A stretch of 64,000 nucleotides of DNA from Pseudomonadota bacterium (GTDB taxonomy: Bacteria; Pseudomonadota; Alphaproteobacteria; Rhizobiales; Methylopilaceae): assembly GCA_023388965.1 (NCBI GenBank), contig JAEWFF010000015.1:14467-78466 (forward strand), given 5' to 3'. Below are positions 8,549-18,107 of this stretch, one piece after another. How positions within the stretch are numbered: position 1 is the stretch's first letter; each line of letters opens with the position of its first letter. The notes under the pieces were generated by a model. It made no database searches and was not told the origin of the DNA. It was given only the letters and a program-made list of their open reading frames with translations. The position numbers were made by a program, and so were the translations under genes.

Positions 8549-8631
8549 GTTGGTATCCTGCCGGAAATTTGTTGGCATCGGGCCAAGCCGCTGTTGGCAT
8601 TTTCTGCCAAGCACCAACGATGCTACCAACA
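8548..8631. promoter_or_regulatory. Integrase arm-type site array overlapping the int start
   Basis: TGTTGGTAT 8548, TGTTGGCAT 8570, TGTTGGCAT 8592 (22-bp period); inverted CACCAACG 8612 and TACCAACA 8624. Confidence 0.72.
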
Positions 8632-8674
8632 AAACTTTCGGATGCAACGGGACGTCACTGGACGTTAGACAACA

Positions 8675-8700
8675 AAAAAGCCCGGAAAACCGGGCTTTTT
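8675..8700. terminator. Intrinsic terminator downstream of tRNA-Leu (bidirectional shape)
   Basis: AAAAAGCCCGG-AAAA-CCGGGCTTTTT. Confidence 0.75.
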
Positions 8701-8742
8701 GCTTTGCTTCTGGACCGTCTGGGACGGTCTGAAACGGGAATT

Positions 8743-8827
8743 TGGTGCCCAGAAGAGGACTCGAACCTCCACGCCTCGCGGCACAGGTACCTGAAACCTG
8801 CGCGTCTACCAATTCCGCCATCTGGGC
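8743..8827 (-). tRNA. tRNA-Leu(CAG)
   Basis: GCCCAGATGGCGGAATTGGTAGACGCGCAGGTTTCAGGTACCTGTGCCGCGAGGCGTGGAGGTTCGAGTCCTCTTCTGGGCACCA; 85 nt, long variable arm, encoded CCA. Confidence 0.97.
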
Positions 8828-8837
8828 GACGGAGAGG

Positions 8838-8866
8838 CATGTACGAGGACGGCCGGCTGCTGTCAA
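8838..8866 (-). promoter_or_regulatory. Sigma70-type promoter of tRNA-Leu
   Basis: TTGACA-17 nt-TACATG, 10 nt upstream of the tRNA. Confidence 0.6.
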
Positions 8867-8905
8867 CAGGCATTTTGAAGTTTTCGCGACGCCCTGGCGG
8901 ATTGG

Positions 8906-10333
8906 TCAGCGCGCCGCCGCCCACTCGCGGATGCGCCGGAGCCCGGCATTCAGAAGCGCTGCTGCGGAGGCGTCGTTTTCGGCTTCCACGTAGCAGCGCA
9001 TTTCCGGGGCGTTGCCGGAGGGGCGGAAGTGGATGATGCGGCCGTCTTCAAGCGTCACGCGCAGGCCGTCGATATCGCTCGTTTCGAGCGGTGCGCCGAG
9101 CGGTGCGAGAAAGGCCGACAGCGCCCCCGCGCCGGAGCGCAGCTCGGCCATCAGCGCAGCACTTGTCTCGACAGGAAAATTCTCCAGCCTGTCGCTTGCC
9201 GCGACCGGCAGGCCGAAGCCTGCGGCAATTTCCGAAAGCGGGCGCCTTTCCCCGGCAAGCAGGGAAAGGACCGCAAGAACGGGCAGCAGGCTGTCGCGCG
9301 TCGGCAGCGGCGCGAGCACGCCTCCGTTGAGCGAAAAGGCGGTGGCGGTCAGCGTGCCGCCGTTCGCCTCGAAGCCGGCCACGGCGGTTTCGCCGGCCGC
9401 GACCGCCTCGTTCATCGCGGCGATCACATAGGGCGAGCCGACCCGGGTGCGCAGAACCCGCGCGCCAAGCGCCGTTTCGAGGCCGGAGTTGGAGGTGACG
9501 GGGGTGGCGACGGCGGTCGCGCCGAGGAAACGGCTTGCGATAAGGCCGAGAAGATCGCCGCGAAGCGGCGTGCCGGCCTCGTCGGCGATGAGCGGCCTGT
9601 CGCCATCGCCGTCGGCCGAGACGATCGCGTCCAGCCGCTCGGCCTGCGCCCAGCCGGACAGCAGCGCCACGGTTTCGGCAGAGACGGCCTCCGTATCGAC
9701 GGGAATGAAGGTTTCGGAATGCCCGAGCGGAATAATGTCCGCTCCATAGCGGGAGAGAATGGAGACAAAGAGGTCGCGCGCCACCGTGGAATGCCGGTAG
9801 ACGCCGATCCTGAGACCCTTGAGGCGGCCGGTGGGTAATAGCGCCAGATTGCGGGCTTCGTAGAGCGAGAGTGTCTCGGTGCTCAGGTCTTCCGGCGTGA
9901 TGCGGGCAGGGGCGGCCATCCCCGCGCTGCGGATCGCCTCGGCGGCGCGGGTGATGGCGGCCTCGTCGTCCTTGTCGATTTCGCCGTCCGGCCGGTAGAA
10001 TTTTATGCCGTTGCGGTCGGCCGGAATATGGGAGCCGGTCACCATCAGGCAGGCTGCCCGGCGGGCAAGCCCCATCAGCGCCAGCGCCGGCGTCGGCGGC
10101 GTCCCGCAATCGGCGGGATGCAGGCCCTCGGCATGGAGCGCATCCATCGCGATCGCCGCGATCGTCGGGCTGGACTCACGAAAATCCCGCCCGACCAGCA
10201 CCGTGTCGCCCGGCTTCGCCTGTCCGCTCTCAAGCAGGTGCCGGGCGAAGGCGCGCACATAGAGGGCGCTTGCCGGCCCGGCGAGTTCGCTGGAGAGGCC
10301 TCGAAGGCCGCTGGTGCCGAATTTGAGGCTCAT
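8906..10333 (-). CDS. Phosphomannomutase/phosphoglucomutase
   Basis: KFGTSGLRG, TGSHIP, DGDGDR and RPSGNAPE motifs; start corrected to 10333. Confidence 0.93.
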   Translation of the reverse strand: MSLKFGTSGLRGLSSELAGPASALYVRAFARHLLESGQAKPGDTVLVGRDFRESSPTIAAIAMDALHAEGLHPADCGTPPTPALALMGLARRAACLMVTGSHIPADRNGIKFYRPDGEIDKDDEAAITRAAEAIRSAGMAAPARITPEDLSTETLSLYEARNLALLPTGRLKGLRIGVYRHSTVARDLFVSILSRYGADIIPLGHSETFIPVDTEAVSAETVALLSGWAQAERLDAIVSADGDGDRPLIADEAGTPLRGDLLGLIASRFLGATAVATPVTSNSGLETALGARVLRTRVGSPYVIAAMNEAVAAGETAVAGFEANGGTLTATAFSLNGGVLAPLPTRDSLLPVLAVLSLLAGERRPLSEIAAGFGLPVAASDRLENFPVETSAALMAELRSGAGALSAFLAPLGAPLETSDIDGLRVTLEDGRIIHFRPSGNAPEMRCYVEAENDASAAALLNAGLRRIREWAAAR

Positions 10334-10462
10334 AGCGCTTCCTGTTTTTCCCGGCGAACGCCGGTTCACCACCGATCCGACATCAATAAAACAAAAAGCC
10401 TGAACGTAATGCAAATCAGGGACGCAACGGGACAACGAGCCCGATATGTCTGAGGAACCGAC

Positions 10463-10849
10463 ATGTCCGCAATTCAGAATGTCATTTTCGGCTGTGCAAT
10501 GACCGTCGCCTCGACCGTCGCGCCGCTCGGCGCATCGCAGGCCGCTCCGTTCCCCATGCCCGACGTCCAGACGGAGGGTAACGGCGCGCTGACGCGGGTC
10601 CAGACCTTCTGCTTCGGTTACCATTGCGGCTGGGAGCGCCGCCATTACCGGCCACGGTATTATTATCGCGACCACTACCGCCCGCGACCCTACTATCGTC
10701 CGCGCTACGAGCGGCCGCGCTATTACTACGGCGGCGGCAGGGCGCATGTGCGCTGGTGCCTGAACCGCTACCGCACCTATAATCCCGCCACCGACCGCTA
10801 TCATGCGGGGCGCGGGATCTATCGGGTCTGCTATTCGCCCTATCGCTGA
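10463..10849 (+). CDS. BA14K-family protein
   Basis: Signal peptide, R/Y-rich stretch, HVRWCLNRYRTYNP..YH...C.SP motif. Confidence 0.85.
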   Translation: MSAIQNVIFGCAMTVASTVAPLGASQAAPFPMPDVQTEGNGALTRVQTFCFGYHCGWERRHYRPRYYYRDHYRPRPYYRPRYERPRYYYGGGRAHVRWCLNRYRTYNPATDRYHAGRGIYRVCYSPYR

Positions 10850-10888
10850 GGCAGGCGACGCCGGCGGCGGGCTCTGTTCCGCTGCCGG

Positions 10889-11188
10889 TCAGGCGTCGGT
10901 TGTGCCGCTGCGGTCGACGTGACCGAGATCGCGCTGCGGATCGATAATGTCGCGGACACGCTGCTTGAGTTCTTTTGCGCCGGGAAAGCCGCCGTCGCGT
11001 TTGCGCTCCCATATCAGGGTCTCGCCGACCCGGATCTCGAAACTGCCGCCGGTGCCGGGAATGAGCGCCACCTCCGCGAGGCTGTCGGAAAAGGTCGACA
11101 GCAGTTCCTGCGCCATCCAGCCGGCCCGCAGCAGCCAGTTGCACTGGGTGCAGTAGAGAATGGAAACACGAGGCCTTGCATCGGACAT
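10889..11188 (-). CDS. SelT/SelW/SelH (Rdx) family protein
   Basis: YCTQCNW..ELL.TF..GGSFEI..WERK..GGFP. Confidence 0.9.
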   Translation of the reverse strand: MSDARPRVSILYCTQCNWLLRAGWMAQELLSTFSDSLAEVALIPGTGGSFEIRVGETLIWERKRDGGFPGAKELKQRVRDIIDPQRDLGHVDRSGTTDA

Positions 11189-11353
11189 GGACGTCTCCTC
11201 TTTATTGCGGAGGCCCACGCGGGCCGTTCCCCGGGGAGACGCGTTCCTCACGGAAATGTCAATGCATTTTATCGCCGATTGATCGGCAGGCGCTTGTCCC
11301 GGGGCTTCATCCGGTTGAATGTGTGCAATGCAACATCACCAGCAGGAGCCCCG

Positions 11354-11803
11354 ATGACCGAGCCCGCCACCAATCGCCCCCGTCTGATCCTGCCGTCGCT
11401 TGGCGGCCTCTATGCGGCGCTGGGGGAAAGCGCGGAAACCCTCCTGCGCCTTGCCGCCGGCCTGCTTCTCGTCAGCCACGGCTACGGCAAGATCCTCAAT
11501 CCCTTCGGTGCAAGCGGCATGGTCGAAAGCCTGGGTTTTTATCCCGGCGCGCTCTGGTCGCTGCTTCTGGCGATAACCGAGTTCTTTGGCGGCATCCTGA
11601 TTGCGATCGGCCTTTTCACCCGTCCCGCGGCCTTCGCCGCGACGATCGTTCTGGCGGTCACCGTCTATTTCCACGGCGTGGTTCAGGGTGAAGGCATCGG
11701 CGGTGCGGAGAAGTCGATCCTCTGGACGCTGATCCTGTTCTTCTTCGCCATCCGCGGATCCAACGCCCATTCGGTCGATGCCCGGATCGGCCGCCAGTTC
11801 TGA
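11354..11803 (+). CDS. DoxX-family membrane protein
   Basis: LLR..HG.GK, EFFGG..GLFTR motifs; AGGAG RBS. Confidence 0.88.
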   Translation: MTEPATNRPRLILPSLGGLYAALGESAETLLRLAAGLLLVSHGYGKILNPFGASGMVESLGFYPGALWSLLLAITEFFGGILIAIGLFTRPAAFAATIVLAVTVYFHGVVQGEGIGGAEKSILWTLILFFFAIRGSNAHSVDARIGRQF

Positions 11804-11817
11804 GGCAATTTCGGGTC

Positions 11818-12210
11818 TTACCGGAAATTTTCGAGGCATCTGGCCGGTGGTCGCATCCACCGGCCGACCAGCGCAATCAACGCTTCGCCGTCATAGGGCT
11901 TCATGATCACCGGCAGGTCTTCGAGCGTGGCGAGGCCCTGTCCCGCCCGGTCGTTGGCGGTGGTCAGGAGCAGCGGCACGCCGGCTTTTCGCAGGCGGTC
12001 GATGCGCGGGGCCGCCTCCGCCGCGTCGAACGGCAGGTCCAGCAGGCAAAGGTCGATCGCCGCCAGCGATGGCGCGTCCCACCGGTCGAACTGATCCGGC
12101 TGCAACAGCGTGGTGCGGCAGGCGATTGCCGAGGTGATGAGATATTCCGCATCGAGCGCGACCAGAAATTCCGGCTCGACGATCAGGATATGCGGTGATG
12201 ACGTCTGCAT
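11818..12210 (-). CDS. Single-domain response regulator (degenerate receiver)
   Basis: ILIVEPE..LLD..T..KP receiver pattern. Confidence 0.75.
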   Translation of the reverse strand: MQTSSPHILIVEPEFLVALDAEYLITSAIACRTTLLQPDQFDRWDAPSLAAIDLCLLDLPFDAAEAAPRIDRLRKAGVPLLLTTANDRAGQGLATLEDLPVIMKPYDGEALIALVGRWMRPPARCLENFR

Positions 12211-12295
12211 GTCGTCGTTTCCTTGCGTCGCCGCCCTTCCGGACGGGGGCATGCAATCTGCGTCGCCCCGACGCCGCCGTCATTTAAAAAAGACA

Positions 12296-12400
12296 TAGAG
12301 CCTTTCCAGCGAAAGCGTGAAACGGTTTTGCATCCGGAAATGCGGCTGGAACAAAGAGATGGAGCGGTTCTACCGCCTCAGTGAAAACCGGAACCGCTAG
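12296..12400. repeat. Rhizobial RIME-like intergenic repeat
   Basis: TAGAGCCTTTCCAG..GAAACGGTTTT..CCGGAAATGC..AACAAAGAGATGGAGCGGTTC..GAACCGCT two-hairpin layout typical of Rhizobiaceae intergenic mosaic elements. Confidence 0.7.
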
Positions 12401-12409
12401 AGGCCGGGC

Positions 12410-12434
12410 GGAACAAGCCGTGGCATGCGACGTT
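12410..12434 (+). promoter_or_regulatory. EcfG/RpoE2 general-stress sigma promoter
   Basis: GGAAC-N16-CGTT, about 60 nt before the Crp/Fnr gene. Confidence 0.7.
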
Positions 12435-12493
12435 TGCCATCGCGAGGGTCTGGGTCTTGCGAAGGCCGGCGGGCCGAATGGCAGGGGGCGGGA

Positions 12494-13258
12494 ATGGCGA
12501 ATGGCACGGCGGAACGGCACACGCGCTGGCGTACCCCCTGTTTCAAGTGTCCGTTGCGGAAGCTTGAGGTCTTCCGCGATTTCAGCGCCGAGGAACTGGA
12601 ATTCGTCTCGCATTTCAAGGCGGGAGAGCTTTCCGTCGCGCGCGGGGCGACCGTCCTCGTGGCGGAGACCCATAGTCCCCATCTCTTCACCCTGCTGTCC
12701 GGCTGGGCCTTCCGCTACAAGCTTCTGCCGGACGGGCGGCGGCAAATTCTCAACTACGCGCTGCCCGGCGATCTCATCGGCCTGCAAAGCGGCCTGATGG
12801 GGGAAATGGACCATTCCGTCGAGGCGCTGACGCCGCTGACGCTCTGCGTCTTCGAGCGGTCGCGGCTGGAAAGGCTTTTCGAGAGGCACCCCTCCCTCGC
12901 CTACGACATCACCTGGATCGCCGCAAACGAGGAGCGCATCCTCGACGAGCATCTGCTGAGCATCGGGCGGCGCTCCGCGCTGGAGCGGGCGGCCTATCTG
13001 CTTTCCTTCCTGCACCAGCGGGCGCGCGCCCTCGGGGAGGCCGCGGAGGACGGCCGGCGTTTCATTCCCGTCACGCAGCAGCATGTCGCAGATACGCTCG
13101 GCCTTTCGCTTGTCCATACCAACAAGACCCTGCGCCGGCTGGCGCAGCGCAAGCTTGCAAGCTGGAAGGACCGGGGTTGCGAGATCGAGGACGCCGAGGG
13201 CCTGCTTGCCCTTTCCGGCTGGGACGGGCTGACACGGCAGCCACGGCCCTTCATCTGA
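12494..13258 (+). CDS. Crp/Fnr-family transcriptional regulator
   Basis: DGRRQIL..LPGDLIG cNMP-like domain; TQQHVADTLGLSLVHTNKTL HTH. Confidence 0.9.
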   Translation: MANGTAERHTRWRTPCFKCPLRKLEVFRDFSAEELEFVSHFKAGELSVARGATVLVAETHSPHLFTLLSGWAFRYKLLPDGRRQILNYALPGDLIGLQSGLMGEMDHSVEALTPLTLCVFERSRLERLFERHPSLAYDITWIAANEERILDEHLLSIGRRSALERAAYLLSFLHQRARALGEAAEDGRRFIPVTQQHVADTLGLSLVHTNKTLRRLAQRKLASWKDRGCEIEDAEGLLALSGWDGLTRQPRPFI

Positions 13259-13271
13259 CGCTGGCCGGATT

Positions 13272-14324
13272 TCAGGCGACGTCCCAATAAAGCGGGAACA
13301 TCGGGTCGAAGACCGTCACCGGTCCCGCCCCCGTATCGCGCCGGGCAGGAAAGGCGACCGGCGTGTCCCGGCGCAGGAGCCGGATCCGCTCCTCGTTCGG
13401 CGGCAGGCCGTACCAGGCCGGCCCGTGGAGCGAGGTGAAGGCTTCGAGGCGGTCGAGGGCGCCTTCCTCCTCGAAAACATGGGCCAGGCAGCTCATGGTG
13501 TTGATCGACGTATAGATGCCGGCGCAGCCGCAGCCGCATTCCTTGAGCGGATCGGCATGGGGAGCGGAATCGGTTCCGAGGAAGAAACGTGCGTCGCCGG
13601 AGGTGGCGGCCTTGCGCAGCGCCAGCCGATGCTCCTCGCGCTTGGCGACCGGCAGGCAATAATAATGCGGACGGATGCCGCCGACGAGGATGGCGTTGCG
13701 ATTGATGATGAGATGATGGGTGGTGATCGATCCGGCAAGATTGGCCTTGGCCGTGCGGATATAGTCGACGCCGTCCTTCGTCGTGACATGCTCCATAGTG
13801 ATGCGCAGCTCCGGCAGCCGTTCGCGCAATGGATCGAGCACCGTTTCGATGAAGACGGCCTCGCGGTCGAAGATGTCGATCTCGGGCGTCGTCACCTCGC
13901 CGTGCACGCAGAGCGTCAGGCCGATCTTTGCCATTCGTTCCAGTACGGGCATCACCTTCGCGAGATCGCGCACGCCGCTGTGCGAATTGGTCGTGGCGCC
14001 GGCGGGATAGAGCTTGACCGCCCGGATCAGCCCGCTGCGGTGGCCCGCCTCCACGTCGTCGGGATCCGTGTGCTCGGTGAGATAGAGCGTCATCAGCGGT
14101 TCGAAGCGGTCGCCTTGCGGAAGGGCGTCGAGAATGCGCTGGCGATAGCCGGCCGCATCGTCCGTGGTCACCACCGGCGGCACCAGGTTCGGCATGATGA
14201 TGGCGCGGGCGAAATGCCGGCTGGTGTCGCCGATCACGCCGGCCAGCATCGCGCCGTCGCGCAGGTGCAGGTGCCAGTCGTCGGGGCGGCGGATCGAAAG
14301 TTCGGTAAGGGTCGTATCGCGCAT
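13272..14324 (-). CDS. pyrC: Dihydroorotase
   Basis: [29 protein letters not shown]. Confidence 0.96.
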   Translation of the reverse strand: MRDTTLTELSIRRPDDWHLHLRDGAMLAGVIGDTSRHFARAIIMPNLVPPVVTTDDAAGYRQRILDALPQGDRFEPLMTLYLTEHTDPDDVEAGHRSGLIRAVKLYPAGATTNSHSGVRDLAKVMPVLERMAKIGLTLCVHGEVTTPEIDIFDREAVFIETVLDPLRERLPELRITMEHVTTKDGVDYIRTAKANLAGSITTHHLIINRNAILVGGIRPHYYCLPVAKREEHRLALRKAATSGDARFFLGTDSAPHADPLKECGCGCAGIYTSINTMSCLAHVFEEEGALDRLEAFTSLHGPAWYGLPPNEERIRLLRRDTPVAFPARRDTGAGPVTVFDPMFPLYWDVA

Positions 14325-14451
14325 CTGGTCGTCTCCCGCTTCTGCCGGCTGCGATAGCACCGTCAGGCCCGCGCGACAATCGCCGGATCGCTCTTGAACG
14401 GAACGGCCGCCCGTGATTGTCTCCGGCCGGTTCGAGCGGAAAGGATGCCTC

Positions 14452-15162
14452 ATGCGCGTGCTGGTGGTGGAAAACGACAGAGTGACGGAACTCGGCCGGA
14501 TCGGCGCGGCGCTTTGCGAGGCGGGGGCGACGCTCGACATCTGCCGGCCGCATGCCGGCGAGCCGATCCCCGGCGACGATCGCGCCCATGACGCGATCAT
14601 TGTCATGGGCGGCCCGCAGAATGCGCTCGACGACGAGCGCCACCCCTATCTTCCGGCGCTGAGCCGGCTGATGCGCCGGTTCGGCGAAGAGGACAAGTCG
14701 GTGCTCGGCGTCTGTCTCGGCAGCCAGCTTCTGGCCCGCGCCTATGGGGCGGAAAACCATATCGGCGTGGCGACCGAATTCGGCTGGTGCGACGTGTCGC
14801 TGACGGCCGAAGGCCGGGCCGATCCGGTCCTGTCGGCTGCCGCCGACCGCTTCGCGATCTTTCAGTGGCACAGCGATACTTTCGCTTTGCCGGAGGGCGC
14901 GGTGCGGCTTGCCGAAAGCGGCGTGGCCGCAAACCAGGCCTTCCGTATCGGACGTGCGGTCTATGGCACGCAGTTCCATTTCGAGGCCGACCGCGCGGTG
15001 GTCGACCTGTGGGTCCGGAATTTCCCCGAAACGGTCGAGGCGCTGTCGCCCGGCTGGCTGGAGCGGCGCGCGGGGCTGGCGACCGAATATGGACCGGCCT
15101 CCGAAGCGACGGGCCTTGCGCTCGCCCGCGCCTGGATGACGACCGTTCAGGTCCGTTCCTGA
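14452..15162 (+). CDS. Type 1 glutamine amidotransferase
   Basis: GVCLGSQ and QFHFE catalytic motifs. Confidence 0.9.
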   Translation: MRVLVVENDRVTELGRIGAALCEAGATLDICRPHAGEPIPGDDRAHDAIIVMGGPQNALDDERHPYLPALSRLMRRFGEEDKSVLGVCLGSQLLARAYGAENHIGVATEFGWCDVSLTAEGRADPVLSAAADRFAIFQWHSDTFALPEGAVRLAESGVAANQAFRIGRAVYGTQFHFEADRAVVDLWVRNFPETVEALSPGWLERRAGLATEYGPASEATGLALARAWMTTVQVRS

Positions 15163-15423
15163 AACGGCGCGCGCAAGTGATCGCCTTTTCACCGGCAGCG
15201 GTCTAGGCGCGCGCGTCTTTTTGGGTATATGCTGGCCGGCAGAGTGAAGATGAAGCCTTGAAACATCATCCCGCCAGTCCTGGAACGCCGTTTTCGGCCT
15301 TTGCGGCAGCGCCCGCAGCGGCACGCTGCTCCTGCGGGACCCTTCGCTCCTCTCCCTTCTTCATCGGCCGGTCAGCCGCCCCGCGCTTGTGGTTGCATGG
15401 TGCCGCCAAGACGAGGATTTCCG

Positions 15424-16170
15424 ATGGCCGGACCGATTGAGCAATTCGAGATCAAGCCCATTGTCCCCCTGGAAATGGGAGGGATCGACCTCAGCTTCAC
15501 CAATGCGTCCGCCTATATGGTGCTGACCGTCGGGGTGGCGGGGGCCTTCCTGCTGCTGGCGACGGGCCGGCGGGGACTGGTGCCCGGCCGCTGGCAATCC
15601 GCCGCCGAAATGGTCACGGAATTCGTGGCGACGACGCTGCGCTCGAATGCGGGTGAAAAGGGGATGCGCTTCTTCCCGCTCGTCTTCTCGCTGTTCATGT
15701 TCATCCTCACCGCCAATCTGGTCGGCATGTTTCCCTATGCCTTCACGGTGACGAGCCAGCTGATCGTCACCTTCGGACTGGCGATGCTGGTTTTCGCCAC
15801 CGTGACCCTTTACGGCCTCGCCCGGCATGGCTTCGGCTTCCTGAGGCTTTTCGTGCCCGAGGGCGTGCCGCTCATCCTGACGCCGATCATCGTGCCGATC
15901 GAGACGATCTCCTATCTGTCCCGGCCGGTCAGCCATTCCGTCCGTCTCTTCGCGGTCATGCTGGCGGGCCATATCACGATCAAGGTGTTTGCCGGCTTCG
16001 TCGTGTCGATGGGCGGCTTCGGCGCGCTCGGAATGCTGGGCGCGGTGCTGCCCTTCGCCATGACGGTGGCGCTGACGGCGCTGGAATTCCTGATGGCGGC
16101 CATTCAGGCCTATGTCTTCACCATGCTGACCTGCATGTATCTCAACGACGCGCTGCATCCGCACCACTGA
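15424..16170 (+). CDS. atpB: F0F1 ATP synthase subunit a (stand-alone paralogue)
   Basis: [36 protein letters not shown]...YLNDA; no other atp genes nearby. Confidence 0.9.
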   Translation: MAGPIEQFEIKPIVPLEMGGIDLSFTNASAYMVLTVGVAGAFLLLATGRRGLVPGRWQSAAEMVTEFVATTLRSNAGEKGMRFFPLVFSLFMFILTANLVGMFPYAFTVTSQLIVTFGLAMLVFATVTLYGLARHGFGFLRLFVPEGVPLILTPIIVPIETISYLSRPVSHSVRLFAVMLAGHITIKVFAGFVVSMGGFGALGMLGAVLPFAMTVALTALEFLMAAIQAYVFTMLTCMYLNDALHPHH

Positions 16171-16216
16171 GGCGCGTTGCTTCGAAACTGGCGCGCAAGG
16201 ATGCGGCTTGGCCGGC

Positions 16217-18040
16217 CTATTCGTCGCCCATCTTGAGTGCTGCGATGAAGGCTTCCTGCGGGATTTCCACCTTGCCGAACTGGCGCATGCGCTTCTTGCC
16301 TTCCTTCTGCTTTTCCAGAAGCTTGCGCTTGCGGGTGGCGTCGCCGCCGTAGCATTTGGCCGTCACGTCCTTGCGCAGCGCCCGCACGGTCTCGCGGGCG
16401 ATGACCTTGCCGCCGATGGCCGCCTGGATCGGGATCTGGAACATATGCGGCGGGATCAGTTCCTTCAGCTTCTCGCACATGGTGCGGCCGCGCCGGTCGG
16501 CTGCGGAACGGTGAACGAGCATGGAAAGCGCGTCGACCGGCTCGCCGTTGACGAGGATCGACAGCTTGACGAGGTCGCTCTCGCGATAATCCGCCAGATT
16601 GTAGTCGAAGGACGCATAGCCCTTGGAGATCGACTTCAGCCGGTCGTAGAAGTCGAAGACCACCTCGTTGAGCGGCAGTTCGTAGGTCAGCATCGCGCGG
16701 CTGCCGACATAGGTGAGTTCCGTCTGGATGCCGCGCCGGTCCTGGCAAAGCTTCAGGATGCCGCCGAGATATTCGTCCGGCGTCATGATCGTCGCCTTGA
16801 TCCAGGGCTCGCGGAATTCGGAAATCTTCACGATGTCCGGCATGTCGGCCGGGTTGTGCAGTTCCTTCTCGGTGCCGTCGGTCATGGTGAGCTGGTAGAC
16901 GACGGAAGGCGCCGTGGCGATCAGGTCGAGGTCGAATTCGCGCGAAAGGCGCTCCTGGATGATCTCGAGATGCAGAAGGCCGAGGAAGCCGCAGCGGAAG
17001 CCGAAGCCGAGGGCCGCCGAGCTTTCCATCTCGAAGGAGAAGGAGGCGTCGTTGAGGCGCAGCTTGCCCATGGCCGAGCGCAATTCCTCGAAATCGGCGG
17101 CATCGACCGGGAAGAGACCGCAGAACACCACCGGCTGGGCCGGCTTGAAGCCCGGCAGGGCCTTGTCCGTCGGACGCCTGTCGTCGGTGATCGTATCGCC
17201 GACGCGCGTATCGGCGACCTCCTTGATGGACGCGGTGATGAAGCCGATCTCGCCGGGGCCGAGCGAATCCATGGCGACCATCTTCGGCGTCAGCACGCCG
17301 ACGCGCTCGACGGAATATTTCGCACCCGTTCCCATCATGCGGATGGACTGGCCCTTGTTGAGCCGGCCCTCGATGACGCGCACGAGCACCATGACGCCGA
17401 GATAGGTATCGTACCAGCTGTCGACGAGCAGCGCCTTCAAGGGCGCTTTCTCGCCGCCTTCGCTCTTCGGTGCCGGCAGACGCTCGACGATGGCTTCCAG
17501 CACGTCCGGGATGCCGAGGCCGGTCTTGGCCGAAATGAGCACGGCATCCGAGGCGTCGATGCCGATCACCTCTTCGATCTGTTCCTTGATGCGGTCGGGT
17601 TCGGCGGCCGGAAGGTCGATCTTGTTGAGCACGGTGACGAGTTCGTGGTCGTTGTCGATCGCCTGATAGACGTTGGCGAGCGTCTGGGCCTCCACGCCCT
17701 GGCTGGCGTCGACGACGAGCAGCGAGCCCTCGCAGGCCGACAGCGACCGCGAGACTTCATAGGCGAAGTCGACGTGACCGGGCGTGTCGATGAGGTTCAG
17801 CACATAGGTCTCGCCGTTCTGCGCCTTGTAATGCAGGCGCACGGTCTGGGCCTTGATGGTGATGCCGCGCTCGCGCTCGATCTCCATATTGTCGAGGACC
17901 TGCGCGCTCATTTCGCGTTCGGCAAGGCCGCCGCAGGCCTGGATCAGCCGATCGGCAAGTGTCGACTTGCCGTGGTCGATATGCGCGACAATCGAGAAAT
18001 TGCGGATGTGATCGAGGGGCGTCGAAGAATTGGTGCTCAT
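16217..18040 (-). CDS. lepA: Elongation factor 4
   Basis: [35 protein letters not shown]; start could be 18049. Confidence 0.97.
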   Translation of the reverse strand: MSTNSSTPLDHIRNFSIVAHIDHGKSTLADRLIQACGGLAEREMSAQVLDNMEIERERGITIKAQTVRLHYKAQNGETYVLNLIDTPGHVDFAYEVSRSLSACEGSLLVVDASQGVEAQTLANVYQAIDNDHELVTVLNKIDLPAAEPDRIKEQIEEVIGIDASDAVLISAKTGLGIPDVLEAIVERLPAPKSEGGEKAPLKALLVDSWYDTYLGVMVLVRVIEGRLNKGQSIRMMGTGAKYSVERVGVLTPKMVAMDSLGPGEIGFITASIKEVADTRVGDTITDDRRPTDKALPGFKPAQPVVFCGLFPVDAADFEELRSAMGKLRLNDASFSFEMESSAALGFGFRCGFLGLLHLEIIQERLSREFDLDLIATAPSVVYQLTMTDGTEKELHNPADMPDIVKISEFREPWIKATIMTPDEYLGGILKLCQDRRGIQTELTYVGSRAMLTYELPLNEVVFDFYDRLKSISKGYASFDYNLADYRESDLVKLSILVNGEPVDALSMLVHRSAADRRGRTMCEKLKELIPPHMFQIPIQAAIGGKVIARETVRALRKDVTAKCYGGDATRKRKLLEKQKEGKKRMRQFGKVEIPQEAFIAALKMGDE

Positions 18041-18107
18041 GCGCGCCATATAGCAGCGGGCAACACGCAGGCAAAGCGGTAAATGAACGCTTCGTTCACC
18101 ATCCCGT

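Larger units (their letters stand above)
2183..8765. mobile_element. Integrative genomic island in the 3' end of tRNA-Leu(CAG)
   Basis: Bounded by direct repeats of the tRNA 3' end (2183-2204 and 8743-8765); integrase next to the tRNA; alpA; visibly more AT-rich than the flanks. Confidence 0.92.

Noticed and set aside
8549..8866. N-terminal extension of the integrase in the ORF track (503 aa)
   Set aside because: It runs through the tRNA and att region; the arm-binding domain begins at ATG 8548
10334..10804. N-terminal extension of the phosphomannomutase (632 aa)
   Set aside because: It overlaps the BA14K gene antisense; the family N-terminus is MSLKFGTSG at 10333
10889..11188. Possible selenoprotein (SelW-like)
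   Set aside because: The motif is CxxC with no in-frame TGA
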